From contig JARQWU010000017.1 of assembly GCA_040182905.1 (NCBI GenBank), positions 1-64,000 on the forward strand: 64,000 nucleotides of DNA, given 5' to 3'. Of this stretch, positions 41,443-51,639 are shown piece by piece; the first letter of the stretch is position 1; every line of letters starts with the position of its first letter. The translations under genes were made by a program, and so were the position numbers. Source of the stretch: Barthelona sp. PAP020 (taxonomy: Eukaryota). The notes beneath the pieces are model-generated. The model saw only the letters and a program-made list of their open reading frames with translations. It did not search any database and was not told the DNA's origin.

Positions 41443-42927
41443 ATGAATGATTTTAAAAGAGACAATTCAAATATAGTTATTGAAGATAACATTGACATTT
41501 TTCAAAATCATTCTAATCGTGTATACTCTGAAAAGACTAAATCTTTATTTTCAAAAAATGAAACACAAAAACCTTCAGAAAATATTATTTCTAAACATTT
41601 AGAAGAATTACAAGAATGTTTTGATGCATTATTTTTACAAAAGAATTCTGCAGTTGATGACAACACGAAATCTTTTGACAACTCGAATTTACATCGTCAA
41701 TCTAATGATTCAGAGCCAAATATAGAAAAAACATTGAAAATTGAAGAATTAAAACATTTATTAAGAATTAAACAATTGGAAATTGATGATTTAAAAGAGG
41801 CCAACACTATTTTATTGGAAAAATTAAATGATAATACAAGAACAATAGAACTACCGATAATTATTAACAGACATGAAGATAATTTAATTTTTCATGAGGA
41901 GAATAGCAAAAACCTTCATGAAATCAAGCCTATTCAAAAAGAAATAATTGAACTAAAGACGAGAATTCTTACCTTAAATGAGAAATTGAAGATAAATCAA
42001 CAGAATTATGAAAGTTTTCGTGAAAAGTATAATGAATTTGAGGAAAAATATGTTGATCAGATACAATTGTTGGAAAATCAAACAAACAAGATTATTTCTC
42101 TTGAAAACATTGTTAAACAACGAGAAGAAATTTTTAAGATTGCAAAAATTCAATTGTTTGATGCAAAAAATGAAGAGAAGAGTTTGCGGATACAATTAAA
42201 CGATTTGCAAACCAACAATATGGCGATTACTGAAGAACTGGCAAGTAAAAATGAATTGTTGAAGGAATTCGAAAGAAATTTGCTGATGTCAGATGATTTG
42301 ATTCAACTTTTAAATTCTTTTGAAGATTCACGAAGCACAAATGAAAATTATGAGCAAGAAAATTTGAAATTGATAATGGAAATTGACAATGTCAAGGATC
42401 AAATGAACATTGTTATTGCAGATAAGTCTGCCGAAATAGAGAGTTTATTGATGAAGATTGAAGAATTGAATGTATATTGGTCCTTAAAATTCAATTCTTT
42501 GGAGGAAGAATATCAAAAAGAAATTGATTTGCTAAAAAATGTTTCAAAACAAGATCGATTTACACAATGCACAATTAAAACAAAACCTTTTTCATCTCAA
42601 GTTCTATTTTCCAGTAGTCAAAACTTCATTGCTGAACCCAAAAGTAAACACTCTTCGATTTTTGAAGACTCAAAATTAAATTCAGATGTTTCAAGACCAT
42701 TAGTTCCATTGGCAATGGGATGTATATGTTTATGTCCGAATAAAGGTCAAATGTTGGTTTGTAACGATTGTTCTCGAGCATTTCATAATGACTGCATGAA
42801 CATTTCGCAAGATAACTTGAAATATAGAAAAATTTATGATGCAAATGCCAACAAGTTTATTGTCAATGATGATTATCCAGAGTTTTACTGTGAGGATTGT
42901 CATATTCTTAAAACATTGAAATTTTAG
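41443..42927 (+). CDS. Coiled-coil protein with C-terminal PHD finger
   Basis: Heptad E/K/L-rich region; CIC...MLVCNDCSRAFHNDC...FYCEDC (C4HC3). Confidence 0.8.
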   Translation: MNDFKRDNSNIVIEDNIDIFQNHSNRVYSEKTKSLFSKNETQKPSENIISKHLEELQECFDALFLQKNSAVDDNTKSFDNSNLHRQSNDSEPNIEKTLKIEELKHLLRIKQLEIDDLKEANTILLEKLNDNTRTIELPIIINRHEDNLIFHEENSKNLHEIKPIQKEIIELKTRILTLNEKLKINQQNYESFREKYNEFEEKYVDQIQLLENQTNKIISLENIVKQREEIFKIAKIQLFDAKNEEKSLRIQLNDLQTNNMAITEELASKNELLKEFERNLLMSDDLIQLLNSFEDSRSTNENYEQENLKLIMEIDNVKDQMNIVIADKSAEIESLLMKIEELNVYWSLKFNSLEEEYQKEIDLLKNVSKQDRFTQCTIKTKPFSSQVLFSSSQNFIAEPKSKHSSIFEDSKLNSDVSRPLVPLAMGCICLCPNKGQMLVCNDCSRAFHNDCMNISQDNLKYRKIYDANANKFIVNDDYPEFYCEDCHILKTLKF

Positions 42928-43178
42928 AATAACAAATTTTTAAACATATGCATTATATCAAAAATATATAAATAGTGATATTACAAACGTTCTTTTCTCA
43001 TTCTTTTCTTTTTCTTATTTTGAATTTGGCTATTTTGTTTCTAAAACTGTTGAATCAGTAATAAATTTGATCTTTTAATGATTCTTATTTCAACTAAATA
43101 GTTGACTCGCCAAACTGAATAACTTGATTTTGAAATTCTTTTGGTCTTTTTTTTTGTACAGATTTTATTAAGATCTTT

Positions 43179-43907
43179 ATGGCAACAGTCGGATCATTTT
43201 CATATAATTTAGGACGAGTGCAGCTTTTAAATTGGGTCAACAGCACTTTAAAAACAGCTTTTAAAAAAATTGAGGATACATTCACTTGTGCACCATATTG
43301 TCAATTAGTTGATTGTGTTTATCCAGGAAGTGTACCTATGAGGCGGTTAAATTGGAATGCAAAGGCCGAGTTTGAAAGAGTTAATAATTTAAAAATTCTT
43401 CAACAAGCTTTTCAAAAGAATGATATTGACAGAGCAATAGATGTTGAGCGAGTTTCAAAAGGTAGATTAATGGATAATTTGGAAGTTTTACAATTTCTTC
43501 ATGTTTTATTTGAACAAGCCGGTGGTTCACATGAAGATTATGATCCAATTGAAAGAAGGGCAAACGGAACATCTCATCCAGTTTCTAGTCATAACCCTCA
43601 AAAATTAACTTCTACCACAATGCAAGGACAGTCTGTTCGAAGAAGATCTCAACCTCAAGTTAGTAATTCTAGAAAAGGAGGGTTAACTGAATTGAATCCT
43701 TCTCCATCAAGACCAGCAAGGCAATTGCAACAACAATTGGCCCAAGCTAATTTGGAAAGGGATTTTTACCGTAACAAATTAAGAAAAATTGAGCTATTGG
43801 TTGAAGAAGTTGATTCGGAGCTGGCTAATCAAGTCAAAGAAATTTTGTTTGCTGATGATGGACACACTGTTATTTATCCAAACGAAATCACGGCAGAAGA
43901 AATTTAG
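43179..43907 (+). CDS. EB1: Microtubule end-binding protein EB1 (MAPRE)
   Basis: CH domain GRVQLLNWVN...KIED...YCQL...DNLEVLQF; EBH motif ERDFYRNKLRKIE. Confidence 0.93.
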   Translation: MATVGSFSYNLGRVQLLNWVNSTLKTAFKKIEDTFTCAPYCQLVDCVYPGSVPMRRLNWNAKAEFERVNNLKILQQAFQKNDIDRAIDVERVSKGRLMDNLEVLQFLHVLFEQAGGSHEDYDPIERRANGTSHPVSSHNPQKLTSTTMQGQSVRRRSQPQVSNSRKGGLTELNPSPSRPARQLQQQLAQANLERDFYRNKLRKIELLVEEVDSELANQVKEILFADDGHTVIYPNEITAEEI

Positions 43908-44218
43908 TTTTCATTTTAGATGGAAATTGAAGATTGAATATTCTGTTGTCCAGAGTTTTCAAGATGTGAACTGATAAAAGTTTATTTTTATTTTATTTTG
44001 CTGAGTTTTTTTTTTTTGTAGGTTTGAATTGTAGGTTTATGAATATTGTAAATGCTGATATTATCAGGTTTGTTCACTCAATAACCAACCATATTATGTT
44101 CTACATTATTCCACCGTTTCCACAGGACTTCTTGATTTAGAAACAATAATTCTCATATTTGCATCAAAAACAATAAAATTTTTAAAAAAAAATTGCCAAT
44201 TCGAAACATTTTATCATT

Positions 44219-44695
44219 TCACAAGGTAAATTCGTCGTCTTTGTTTCTTCTATATTGTTCAGCAAATTCGGGAACTTGTTCCAAAGTTAATTCACCAGAT
44301 TCCAATTTTCTGCGAATCGTACGTCTATATCTTTCAGGGACATCATATAATTCATCTTTCAAATCAACAACAGGTTCATCTTCTTGAAAAGGAACAAATC
44401 CAGGTGTATTAACAGGTGTCTGAGTGCATTTTGCACAAACACCCTTAGTTACAGCGCAGTTCTCACATAAACTGTGATAAGCATAGCGTACATTCTTCAG
44501 TGAACAATTAACACATTTTCCAGGAACTGTTCTTGGTTTATATTTTCGATATGTTTTCCTCCATTCTATTTGTTCATAACATCTTTGACAAACGCCTTTG
44601 TTTGGGAAAGATAAAATTTGTTGGGTCAATTTCGAGTTCTTATTATGTTTAAATTTGTATGCATTTTGATGTGCTTGTTGACGCTTTGGTGGCAT
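44219..44695 (-). CDS. C9orf85/DUF2039 family protein
   Basis: HQNAYKFKHN, GVCQRCYEQIEWRKTYRKYKP, KCVNC...AYHSLCENCA...CAKC. Confidence 0.85.
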   Translation of the reverse strand: MPPKRQQAHQNAYKFKHNKNSKLTQQILSFPNKGVCQRCYEQIEWRKTYRKYKPRTVPGKCVNCSLKNVRYAYHSLCENCAVTKGVCAKCTQTPVNTPGFVPFQEDEPVVDLKDELYDVPERYRRTIRRKLESGELTLEQVPEFAEQYRRNKDDEFTL

Positions 44696-44864
44696 GATAA
44701 AATGAAGACTATAATGTGTAAAAAATTATAAAAAAGAAAAATGGTTCATTGAATTTATTATTTACATTTCTGGTTGATTTAAACTTTTTTTGGTTTATTT
44801 TGTACATTTTTACCCATAAAATAAATATTTGATCTAAAAATTAAAAATAAAAATTCATCATTAC

Positions 44865-45422
44865 TCATTGACTAGTTTGGGTTGAAGGAAGTGTTGAAGG
44901 GATAGCCCTTGTCAAATTATTTACCAGCAAACTCATTCCTTCAGTTGGACCGTAATCTTTGGCATGAATTCGTATTTGGGTTTTTGCAGATGAATCACTT
45001 TTCCTTCTGTTCTCTTCTTTTGTGGTGACATCTGTGTTTGTCCTTTTTAGTGTCAAAGAAAAAAATCCAACTCCTGCAACGGATAATGCACTAGTTTTTT
45101 TTCTTTTAGTTGTCGAAGAGGATGAACTATATGAACTTTTTGATTCGTATGAAAAACTCGTATCCATTGATTCAATTGACAAAGTTGGAATGTCAACCAA
45201 AGCTAAGGCTGGAACAGTGAATTTAGATCCACCTAAATTCATTTTTACTGTAGGCGCACTTTTATTGTCATAACCGGTGTAATCTTTAAGAAACTCAAGC
45301 GATGTTTGACAAATTTGTTTTTGAGTATTAACAGCAGATAAAAAAGGAGCAGCAATCAAACTGGACAATTCTACTCCCCCTACTTGTTTTTGCAAATCTT
45401 TCAAAGCTGGAACATTCGACAT
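44865..45422 (-). CDS. DUF2589-family protein
   Basis: From ATG 45422: ELSSLIAAPFLSAVNTQ...TSLEFLK, VPALALVDIPTLSIESMDTSF, S/T/K-rich beta region, PTEGMSLL. Confidence 0.7.
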   Translation of the reverse strand: MSNVPALKDLQKQVGGVELSSLIAAPFLSAVNTQKQICQTSLEFLKDYTGYDNKSAPTVKMNLGGSKFTVPALALVDIPTLSIESMDTSFSYESKSSYSSSSSTTKRKKTSALSVAGVGFFSLTLKRTNTDVTTKEENRRKSDSSAKTQIRIHAKDYGPTEGMSLLVNNLTRAIPSTLPSTQTSQ

Positions 45423-45462
45423 CGATGCAAAAAAAAAATAAAAAAAAAGTTGTATTTTTTTA

Positions 45463-46578
45463 ATGTCTAATTCATACGTTGGACGGCATGGATTAAAGTC
45501 ACGAACAAGAGATTTATCAGTAGCTAATGAACGATTTAATCCTTCCAATAAAATATGGAGTTCTGTTGCTCGACAAGAACAAATAGCTTTAAAATATAAT
45601 TTACCCAATTCAAAGCGATTAAAACGTAGAAAATCAAAACCAACTTGGACAGCTGATGGATTGTCTGCTGACGATATAACTGATGACATGAGTGAATTTC
45701 GAAAAGTTCCACATTCTGAAAAGAAGGTTGCTCAACATCATGAATTATTGTTGGTTGAACAACTAGGTATTGAACCAACTCCTCCTGTTTTGAGGAAAGA
45801 AGAATGGTTATTCAAATTAAAGGAAGCAAATGAAAAAGGCTTTACCGATGGACCTTGTCCCATTTGCTTGGAGAATTTTGAGACACCAGAGTGTTTAATG
45901 CTTGAATGTGGACATGTGTTTCATGAGAGATGTCTTGTAGCTTTTGAAATTTTAGGCACAGGGCAAATTTGTCCTTTATGTAGACAAAGATATCGCCAAC
46001 CTGTTAGGGTCAAAGATCCCTTTTTACGAAGTCAATGTAGATGTGCTGATATGTTGACTCGAATATCGTCTGGGTTTATTACTCGTTTTAAACTTCGAGA
46101 AGAGAAGGTTATACCCTTACCTGAAGGACCAGCAAGGATGTTATATATTGAACATAAATTACGTGCTTTTAGTCAACCATTAATTGAAAAAATGAACAGA
46201 GAAGCTATTGAAGCAGAATTGTTGCTGAATGATGCTCAAAGAATAAATGAATATGAACGTTTACATAGCGACCACCATAGATATCATGCAGATGATAGTG
46301 AACTTAGTTCGGCTACAATTGAAATATTAGATTGGGATTACATAAGGAAGAAAACTGTAGATAAGTTAAAACATGAAGAAAATTGTGCTATTTGTTTGAC
46401 CCATTTAGATCCTAATGATGAAAGTAGGCCTTTAACATTGACTTCTTGTGGACATGTATTTCATGAAATATGCATTTCTTCATTTGAAGAATTTTGTCGA
46501 AAAGCAAATGATACAGCATTTCTTTATTGTCCTTTATGTCGTCGTCCTTACACAAGACAAGATTATGAAGTTAAATGA
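45463..46578 (+). CDS. RNF32: Double RING-H2 protein RNF32-like
   Basis: LVEQLGIEPTPPVLRKEEW, two RING-H2 fingers (CPIC...CGHVFH..C...CPLCR) flanking an IQ-like helix. Confidence 0.82.
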   Translation: MSNSYVGRHGLKSRTRDLSVANERFNPSNKIWSSVARQEQIALKYNLPNSKRLKRRKSKPTWTADGLSADDITDDMSEFRKVPHSEKKVAQHHELLLVEQLGIEPTPPVLRKEEWLFKLKEANEKGFTDGPCPICLENFETPECLMLECGHVFHERCLVAFEILGTGQICPLCRQRYRQPVRVKDPFLRSQCRCADMLTRISSGFITRFKLREEKVIPLPEGPARMLYIEHKLRAFSQPLIEKMNREAIEAELLLNDAQRINEYERLHSDHHRYHADDSELSSATIEILDWDYIRKKTVDKLKHEENCAICLTHLDPNDESRPLTLTSCGHVFHEICISSFEEFCRKANDTAFLYCPLCRRPYTRQDYEVK

Positions 46579-46631
46579 TTCTTGTTTGATGTTTATAAAA
46601 TAGTTTTCATTTTTTTTTTTTCATTTTGACA

Positions 46632-47294
46632 ATGTTTGAAAGTTCTAATTGGTTAAACAATATCGACACAATTTTATTTGATTTGGATGGTACACTAGCT
46701 GATTCGATGAAAGTTTGGAGTGATGTTGATCGATTGTTTTTTACCAGGCGAAATTTAGAAGTTCCAATTGGTTTATCGAAAGATATTGAAGGGTTATCAA
46801 TCGAAGAAACAGCAGATTTGCACATTACAAAATATGGAATAAACAACACAAAAGAAGAAATTATGAATGAATGGTTAAATTTGGCTTTTGAACAATATCA
46901 AAAGCATATTCAGTTAAAAAATGGTGCAAGAGAGTTGTTAGAAAAGTTAAAAAAACAAGGAATTAAAATGGCAATATGTTCCAGTTGTCCAAGAGATTTA
47001 TTGGATGTATTTTTAAAAGAAAATGCAAAAATTGACCATTTTTTTCACGCAATAGTTTCTTCTTCTGATGTTGCAAAAGGAAAACCAAATCCTGATGTAT
47101 TTTTAAAAGGACTTGAGCTTTGTGAAGCTAATGCTGAAACTACTATTGTTTTTGAAGATACTGTTAGCGGTGCTATTGCTGCAAAACGTGCGGGTATTCA
47201 ATGTATTTGTGTTGAAGATGAACATAATATAAATGACCGTGAAAATTTAACGGATTTGTGCATTGCAATCATCCCAGATTTTGCTTCTTTATAA
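46632..47294 (+). CDS. HAD-IA family phosphatase
   Basis: FDLDGTLADS, CSS, GKPNPDVF, FEDT..GAIAAKRAG. Confidence 0.9.
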   Translation: MFESSNWLNNIDTILFDLDGTLADSMKVWSDVDRLFFTRRNLEVPIGLSKDIEGLSIEETADLHITKYGINNTKEEIMNEWLNLAFEQYQKHIQLKNGARELLEKLKKQGIKMAICSSCPRDLLDVFLKENAKIDHFFHAIVSSSDVAKGKPNPDVFLKGLELCEANAETTIVFEDTVSGAIAAKRAGIQCICVEDEHNINDRENLTDLCIAIIPDFASL

Positions 47295-47339
47295 TATTGA
47301 ATAAAATTCGGACTTTTTTTTTAAAAAGAAAAAATGAGG

Positions 47340-47735
47340 GTTGTTCACAAGCCTATTATTTTTGGCGAATCGAAATTTTCCGATTCTTCCTTTTTCCCTC
47401 GAGGTACGGAACTTTTCCTTAACCTACCCCCAAATTTTTGACCTGCCACGGTGAATGCATGAAAACTTGCACAATTAGGATAAATTTTTGAAAATATCGG
47501 AGCTTTGAGCTCTTTTGAGCAATTAGTAATGCAATATTTCACACCCCACATAGGGCATAGCTCTCCTACGAAAGCCTATGAGAGAGTAGGTCTCAAAAAA
47601 GAGAGGTTCCTTTCAGGAACGCTGGACCCCCCGAAAAGAATAAAGATTAAGGTTTATTATTTATTAATCAACTGAGATTTCCCAGTCTCTAATTTGGGAA
47701 AGTTCTGGAAAAGGTTCGTACAAGAAGAAAAATAA
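47340..47735 (-). ncRNA. Candidate structured non-coding RNA, family unassigned
   Basis: About 39% GC (hand count 47341-47720) versus very AT-rich intergenic DNA; no credible ORF; numerous hairpins plus a long-range helix; G-U pairs mostly favour the - strand. Confidence 0.55.
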
Positions 47736-47887
47736 ATAATTATTCAACGTTTGCACAAAGCAAACAAATTCCCATTAATCACCCAAACCTCGATCTTGGC
47801 AGGATTTTTGGATAAATCAAAAAGAAATTAAATATTTATTTACAAGACTAGGTATTTTTCTAATGCAAAGCAGAAAAAACAAACATT

Positions 47888-49090
47888 CTACCATTCCATA
47901 TCATCATCAATATGAGAGCTTTCAATGAAATTTTGAAACTGCTGCTGAATTTTTCCTTTATCTAACTTTTCTTCTTCTCTGTAAGAAAAACCATCGAATA
48001 AATCAGAGGGAATACTAGTCTGTTGATCTGGTAATGATTCTTTGATTGGTGTCGAGGTAAATCGAGAATCAAAGTTGCTGGTGTCCACTTTTCCATTAGA
48101 AATTTGAGGCTTGAAAGGCATGTCATATTCTTTTCTAAAAAGTCTATCCCAATCAATATCTTGGAAATATGGGTGATTTCTAATTGCCATGCCATCTTCT
48201 GGACCACTTCCCAAACGTTTAGCTGGATCCCTTTCCAAAAGACCTCTCAGCAAAGATTCACAATTCTTATCAATAAATGGAGGTATTGCTAATTCAGATC
48301 TTAAAATTCGTTTGTACATAACATTAGCATCAGGTGAATAAAAAGGAGGCAACCCGGTTAACATTTCAAAGAGCAAAGTTCCAAATGACCACCAATCAAC
48401 AGCTTTACCATATGGTTTTTGTCTAATGACCTCAGGCGCTAGATATTCAGCAGTTCCACATATGGTACTAGCCCCTTTTGCATCTGTAACATCCATCTTA
48501 GATAAACCAAAATCTGTAATGATAATGTTACCTTCGGCTGTTAACATAATGTTTTCAGGCTTCAAATCTCTGTATACAATATCTAATGAGTGCAAATGCT
48601 CCAATGCTAAAACAATTTGAGCAGCATAAAGTTTTGATCTTTGATTGGAAAATCTGTGTTCTCTCTTCAAATGATAAAATAATTCCCCACCATTTACATA
48701 TTCCATTACAATATATAGTTTTTCAGGTGTTTGAAATGCATAATGCATCTTTACAATGAATGGATGAATAATTTCCCTCAAAATATTCCTTTCGGTTCTA
48801 ATATGTTCAATTTCCCCATTAGCAACAATATCCGATTTCTTTAATATTTTCATGGCAAAAATTTGGTCATCATCTTTCTTTTTGACTTGCCAGACCTATT
48901 TAAAAGTTAGTTTAATTTTATATTACAAAAATACTTTTCCAAAGTTACCAACACCCAATAAATTCATTCGAATAAAATGATTGGGAGTCAACTTATCATT
49001 TGCCAATCCAAAACAATTATTTGAATTTGATTCCTGTTCAGAAATATATGATTGTCCTGAGTCATCGGTTTTAGAGGGTTCTGGGCCCAT
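47888..49090 (-). CDS. AGC-family Ser/Thr kinase (S6K/SGK/PKB-like, no PH domain); exon 1 49090-48935, exon 2 48895-47888
   Basis: GVGNFGK|VWQV, AMK, YRDLKPEN, DFG, TICGTAEYLAPE, hydrophobic motif FDGFSY. Confidence 0.92.
48896..48934 (-). other. 39-nt spliceosomal intron in the AGC kinase
   Basis: GTATTT...ACTAAC-TTTTAAATAG; contains an in-frame stop; removal restores GxGxxGKV. Confidence 0.88.
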
Positions 49091-49194
49091 GTTTAATTTT
49101 GCCCTCAAAAAAAAAATTCTGCATTGCTCATTTTTGTCCAGATATGTTCTTGATTTTTTTGAACAAATTTTTTATTTATTAGTTTATTTAGTAC

Positions 49195-49854
49195 ATGACA
49201 CAACAAGAATTCGAAAAACCAACAAAAATCGCATTAATTTGTTTGTTTGGTTCATTCAATCCCATTACTATTCAACATTTGAGGATTCTCGAAATTTGCA
49301 AAGATAGCATTATTGACAAATATGACAAGATTATTGGTTTAATTTCCCCAACAAATGATAAGTATAATAAACCCGGTTTATTACCTGGTTCTGTCAGAAT
49401 TGATATGTGTCAATTAGCAGTATCTTCATCTGATTGGATAATTGTTGATGATTATGAAGTCAAAGCCGATGATTTTGTGCGAACTCATATTTCAATAAAA
49501 TACTACAATGAAAAATATTCAAATTTATATGGAACAAATGTTGATACATATTTTACTTGCGGTACTGATCTTTTGTATGATTTAAAGCCTCCAGTTTGGC
49601 CATTTGCCGATCAATTTTTGAATGAAAATCATATTTTAGCTATTATTCGAGAAAATGACTTTGATATTGAACCCCATGTATGCAATCCTTTATTGCAAAA
49701 ATATTTTGAAAAAATTCAATATATCAAAAATCCCATCGTTAATGATGTGTCAAGTTCCAAAGTCAGAGAGTTACTGCAGGCAAATAAATCAATTAAATAT
49801 CTAACTCATGATCTAGTTGTAAAGTATATAGATGAACATAATTTGTATAAATGA
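49195..49854 (+). CDS. NMNAT: Nicotinamide/nicotinate mononucleotide adenylyltransferase
   Basis: GSFNPITIQH, ISP..D.YNKPGL, CGTDLL, NDVSSSKVR, SIKYL. Confidence 0.93.
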   Translation: MTQQEFEKPTKIALICLFGSFNPITIQHLRILEICKDSIIDKYDKIIGLISPTNDKYNKPGLLPGSVRIDMCQLAVSSSDWIIVDDYEVKADDFVRTHISIKYYNEKYSNLYGTNVDTYFTCGTDLLYDLKPPVWPFADQFLNENHILAIIRENDFDIEPHVCNPLLQKYFEKIQYIKNPIVNDVSSSKVRELLQANKSIKYLTHDLVVKYIDEHNLYK

Positions 49855-49970
49855 ATCATAAATCTTTTTCAATTTAATATTTGATTGTGTATATACAGTT
49901 AAACAGTTTTACTTTTAGTTTGCTGCAGTAGTGAAACGAAAACAGGAAAAAGGAGTTCATTTATTTTTTT

Positions 49971-51215
49971 ATGGATGAAAACGTTAAGATATTACCAAAT
50001 GAATTGTTAAAATATGTTTATTATTTAGAAAAAATACCATTACATTTTAAGAATCAACTGTGTTTGCAAATTGAAGAAGAAGAAAATGATTTTTGTGTTT
50101 TAGATTGCAAATATTCTAAAAAGATATCCAAAGATGCGATTAAACAGTACAAAACAACAGTACTAAATAATTTAATAACGAATAAAAGTTATAAAGATGC
50201 TTTCGAAGGAATTTCCAGGGATTTTGAAAAAGATAATAATCAAACATATGAATTTTCGTTAGTTCAAGAAAATTTTTTTTATAGAGTAGAAATTTCCCAA
50301 TTAAAGTTTCTTCAAATTCCTCTTCTTTTGAGAAAATCAGCACAGACAATTTTTGCAAAAAAAGTTTGTGAAAAAGCCAATTCTATTTTGATATATACTG
50401 ATAAAGTTAATATTTATTCTTCCATTTTTCAGTTTTCAGCAAAAATTGCACTAAATACCAATCTACCACTAATTATTGTTAATCCAAATGCTAATTGTTT
50501 ATTTCCTCATTTTGCGGACTTTTCTGACATTAAAACCTTTTGTTTTCCTGCAGCCATTATCACTTCTGATATCACTTCTATATCTCCAATATTCAAAGAT
50601 CAATGTTCTATTTTTTTGGTTCATCCAACGCATTTGCCTTTCCAAACTCTTTCCAAATTTTCAATATTTTCAAATGTTTTGTTCACTGATGAATGGTTGA
50701 AATTTTCAATCGATTTTTGTGACGATTTGGAATTTTTGAATATTGATTCTTTTGTTCACAACATATGTTTCTTAAAATTTGATGATGAAAGTTTGCACAG
50801 TTCAAGCCTCAAATTAGAAAAAGAAAAAGTTCTTGAAAACGTTTTATTTAAAGCAATAAGAAATAACGACTTCAAATTAATAACTCTTTTGGCCGAAATG
50901 GACAGATGCTATGTAATTGGTTTGCAGTTTCCCAAGTTAAATTTTTTTTTAGAAGAACTTTTTCAAATATCACTTTCAATTGAAGATTACATAGACATAG
51001 GTGTGAAAAATGTCTTATGTCCATTAATTTTTGAAAATACTGAAAAACTTTTAGAATTGCAAAGAGAATTTGGTTCAATAAAGGTATATTTTAACTATTT
51101 GAATGAATTAAATGTTGATTATTGTCAAAGAGGGTTATTATTGACTGTTCTTTTTCCAGATCTGGTTCTATTATATTTTAGAGAAAAAGTTTGCAAAAAT
51201 TTGGAAATTCTTTGA
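49971..51215 (+). CDS. Hypothetical protein
   Basis: 414-aa ORF; no family recognised. Confidence 0.65.
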   Translation: MDENVKILPNELLKYVYYLEKIPLHFKNQLCLQIEEEENDFCVLDCKYSKKISKDAIKQYKTTVLNNLITNKSYKDAFEGISRDFEKDNNQTYEFSLVQENFFYRVEISQLKFLQIPLLLRKSAQTIFAKKVCEKANSILIYTDKVNIYSSIFQFSAKIALNTNLPLIIVNPNANCLFPHFADFSDIKTFCFPAAIITSDITSISPIFKDQCSIFLVHPTHLPFQTLSKFSIFSNVLFTDEWLKFSIDFCDDLEFLNIDSFVHNICFLKFDDESLHSSSLKLEKEKVLENVLFKAIRNNDFKLITLLAEMDRCYVIGLQFPKLNFFLEELFQISLSIEDYIDIGVKNVLCPLIFENTEKLLELQREFGSIKVYFNYLNELNVDYCQRGLLLTVLFPDLVLLYFREKVCKNLEIL

Positions 51216-51639
51216 AGTTTTTAACTGATAAAACATGATATATCTTTGCAAATCGAAACTGTGCATTTTTTTTTTTTTTAATAATCTCGTTGATTTTGGT
51301 AAATATTTGACAAAGTTCCATTTCATTTTATAAAGAAAATAGATATTGCATTTAAAGAAGAAAATTCTTTTCATAAAAGAGGGCATTCATTTTTATTGTT
51401 TTTTAAATATCAAATATGATAAAAACACGATAAATTGCTTTTGAATTCGTGACTAAAACAATATTTCATCAAGTGATTTTCAAATTAAAGAATCATTGAA
51501 AGTCCTAATATTGAAAATTTAAATAGATTTGGTTTTAAGTTAGTTGTGACACTTATGAAAGGAGAAATTCAGCGAATAAGTTTATTTAGAGCTGATGTTG
51601 TGGTTATTAAACTAAATTAACTGATCATCCATACTATTC

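Noticed and set aside
43925..43976. Box C/D snoRNA-like TGAAGA...CTGA
   Set aside because: Imperfect C box, very short, and no convincing guide adjacent to the D box.
45423..45689. N-terminal 89 aa of ORF 44865..45689 overlapping RNF32
   Set aside because: Antisense shadow of RNF32 plus a T-rich leader; family similarity begins at ATG 45422.
47448..47480. Group II intron domain V-like hairpin (TGCATGAAAACTTGCAC)
   Set aside because: It lacks the AGC/CGC catalytic triad stem and domain VI context.
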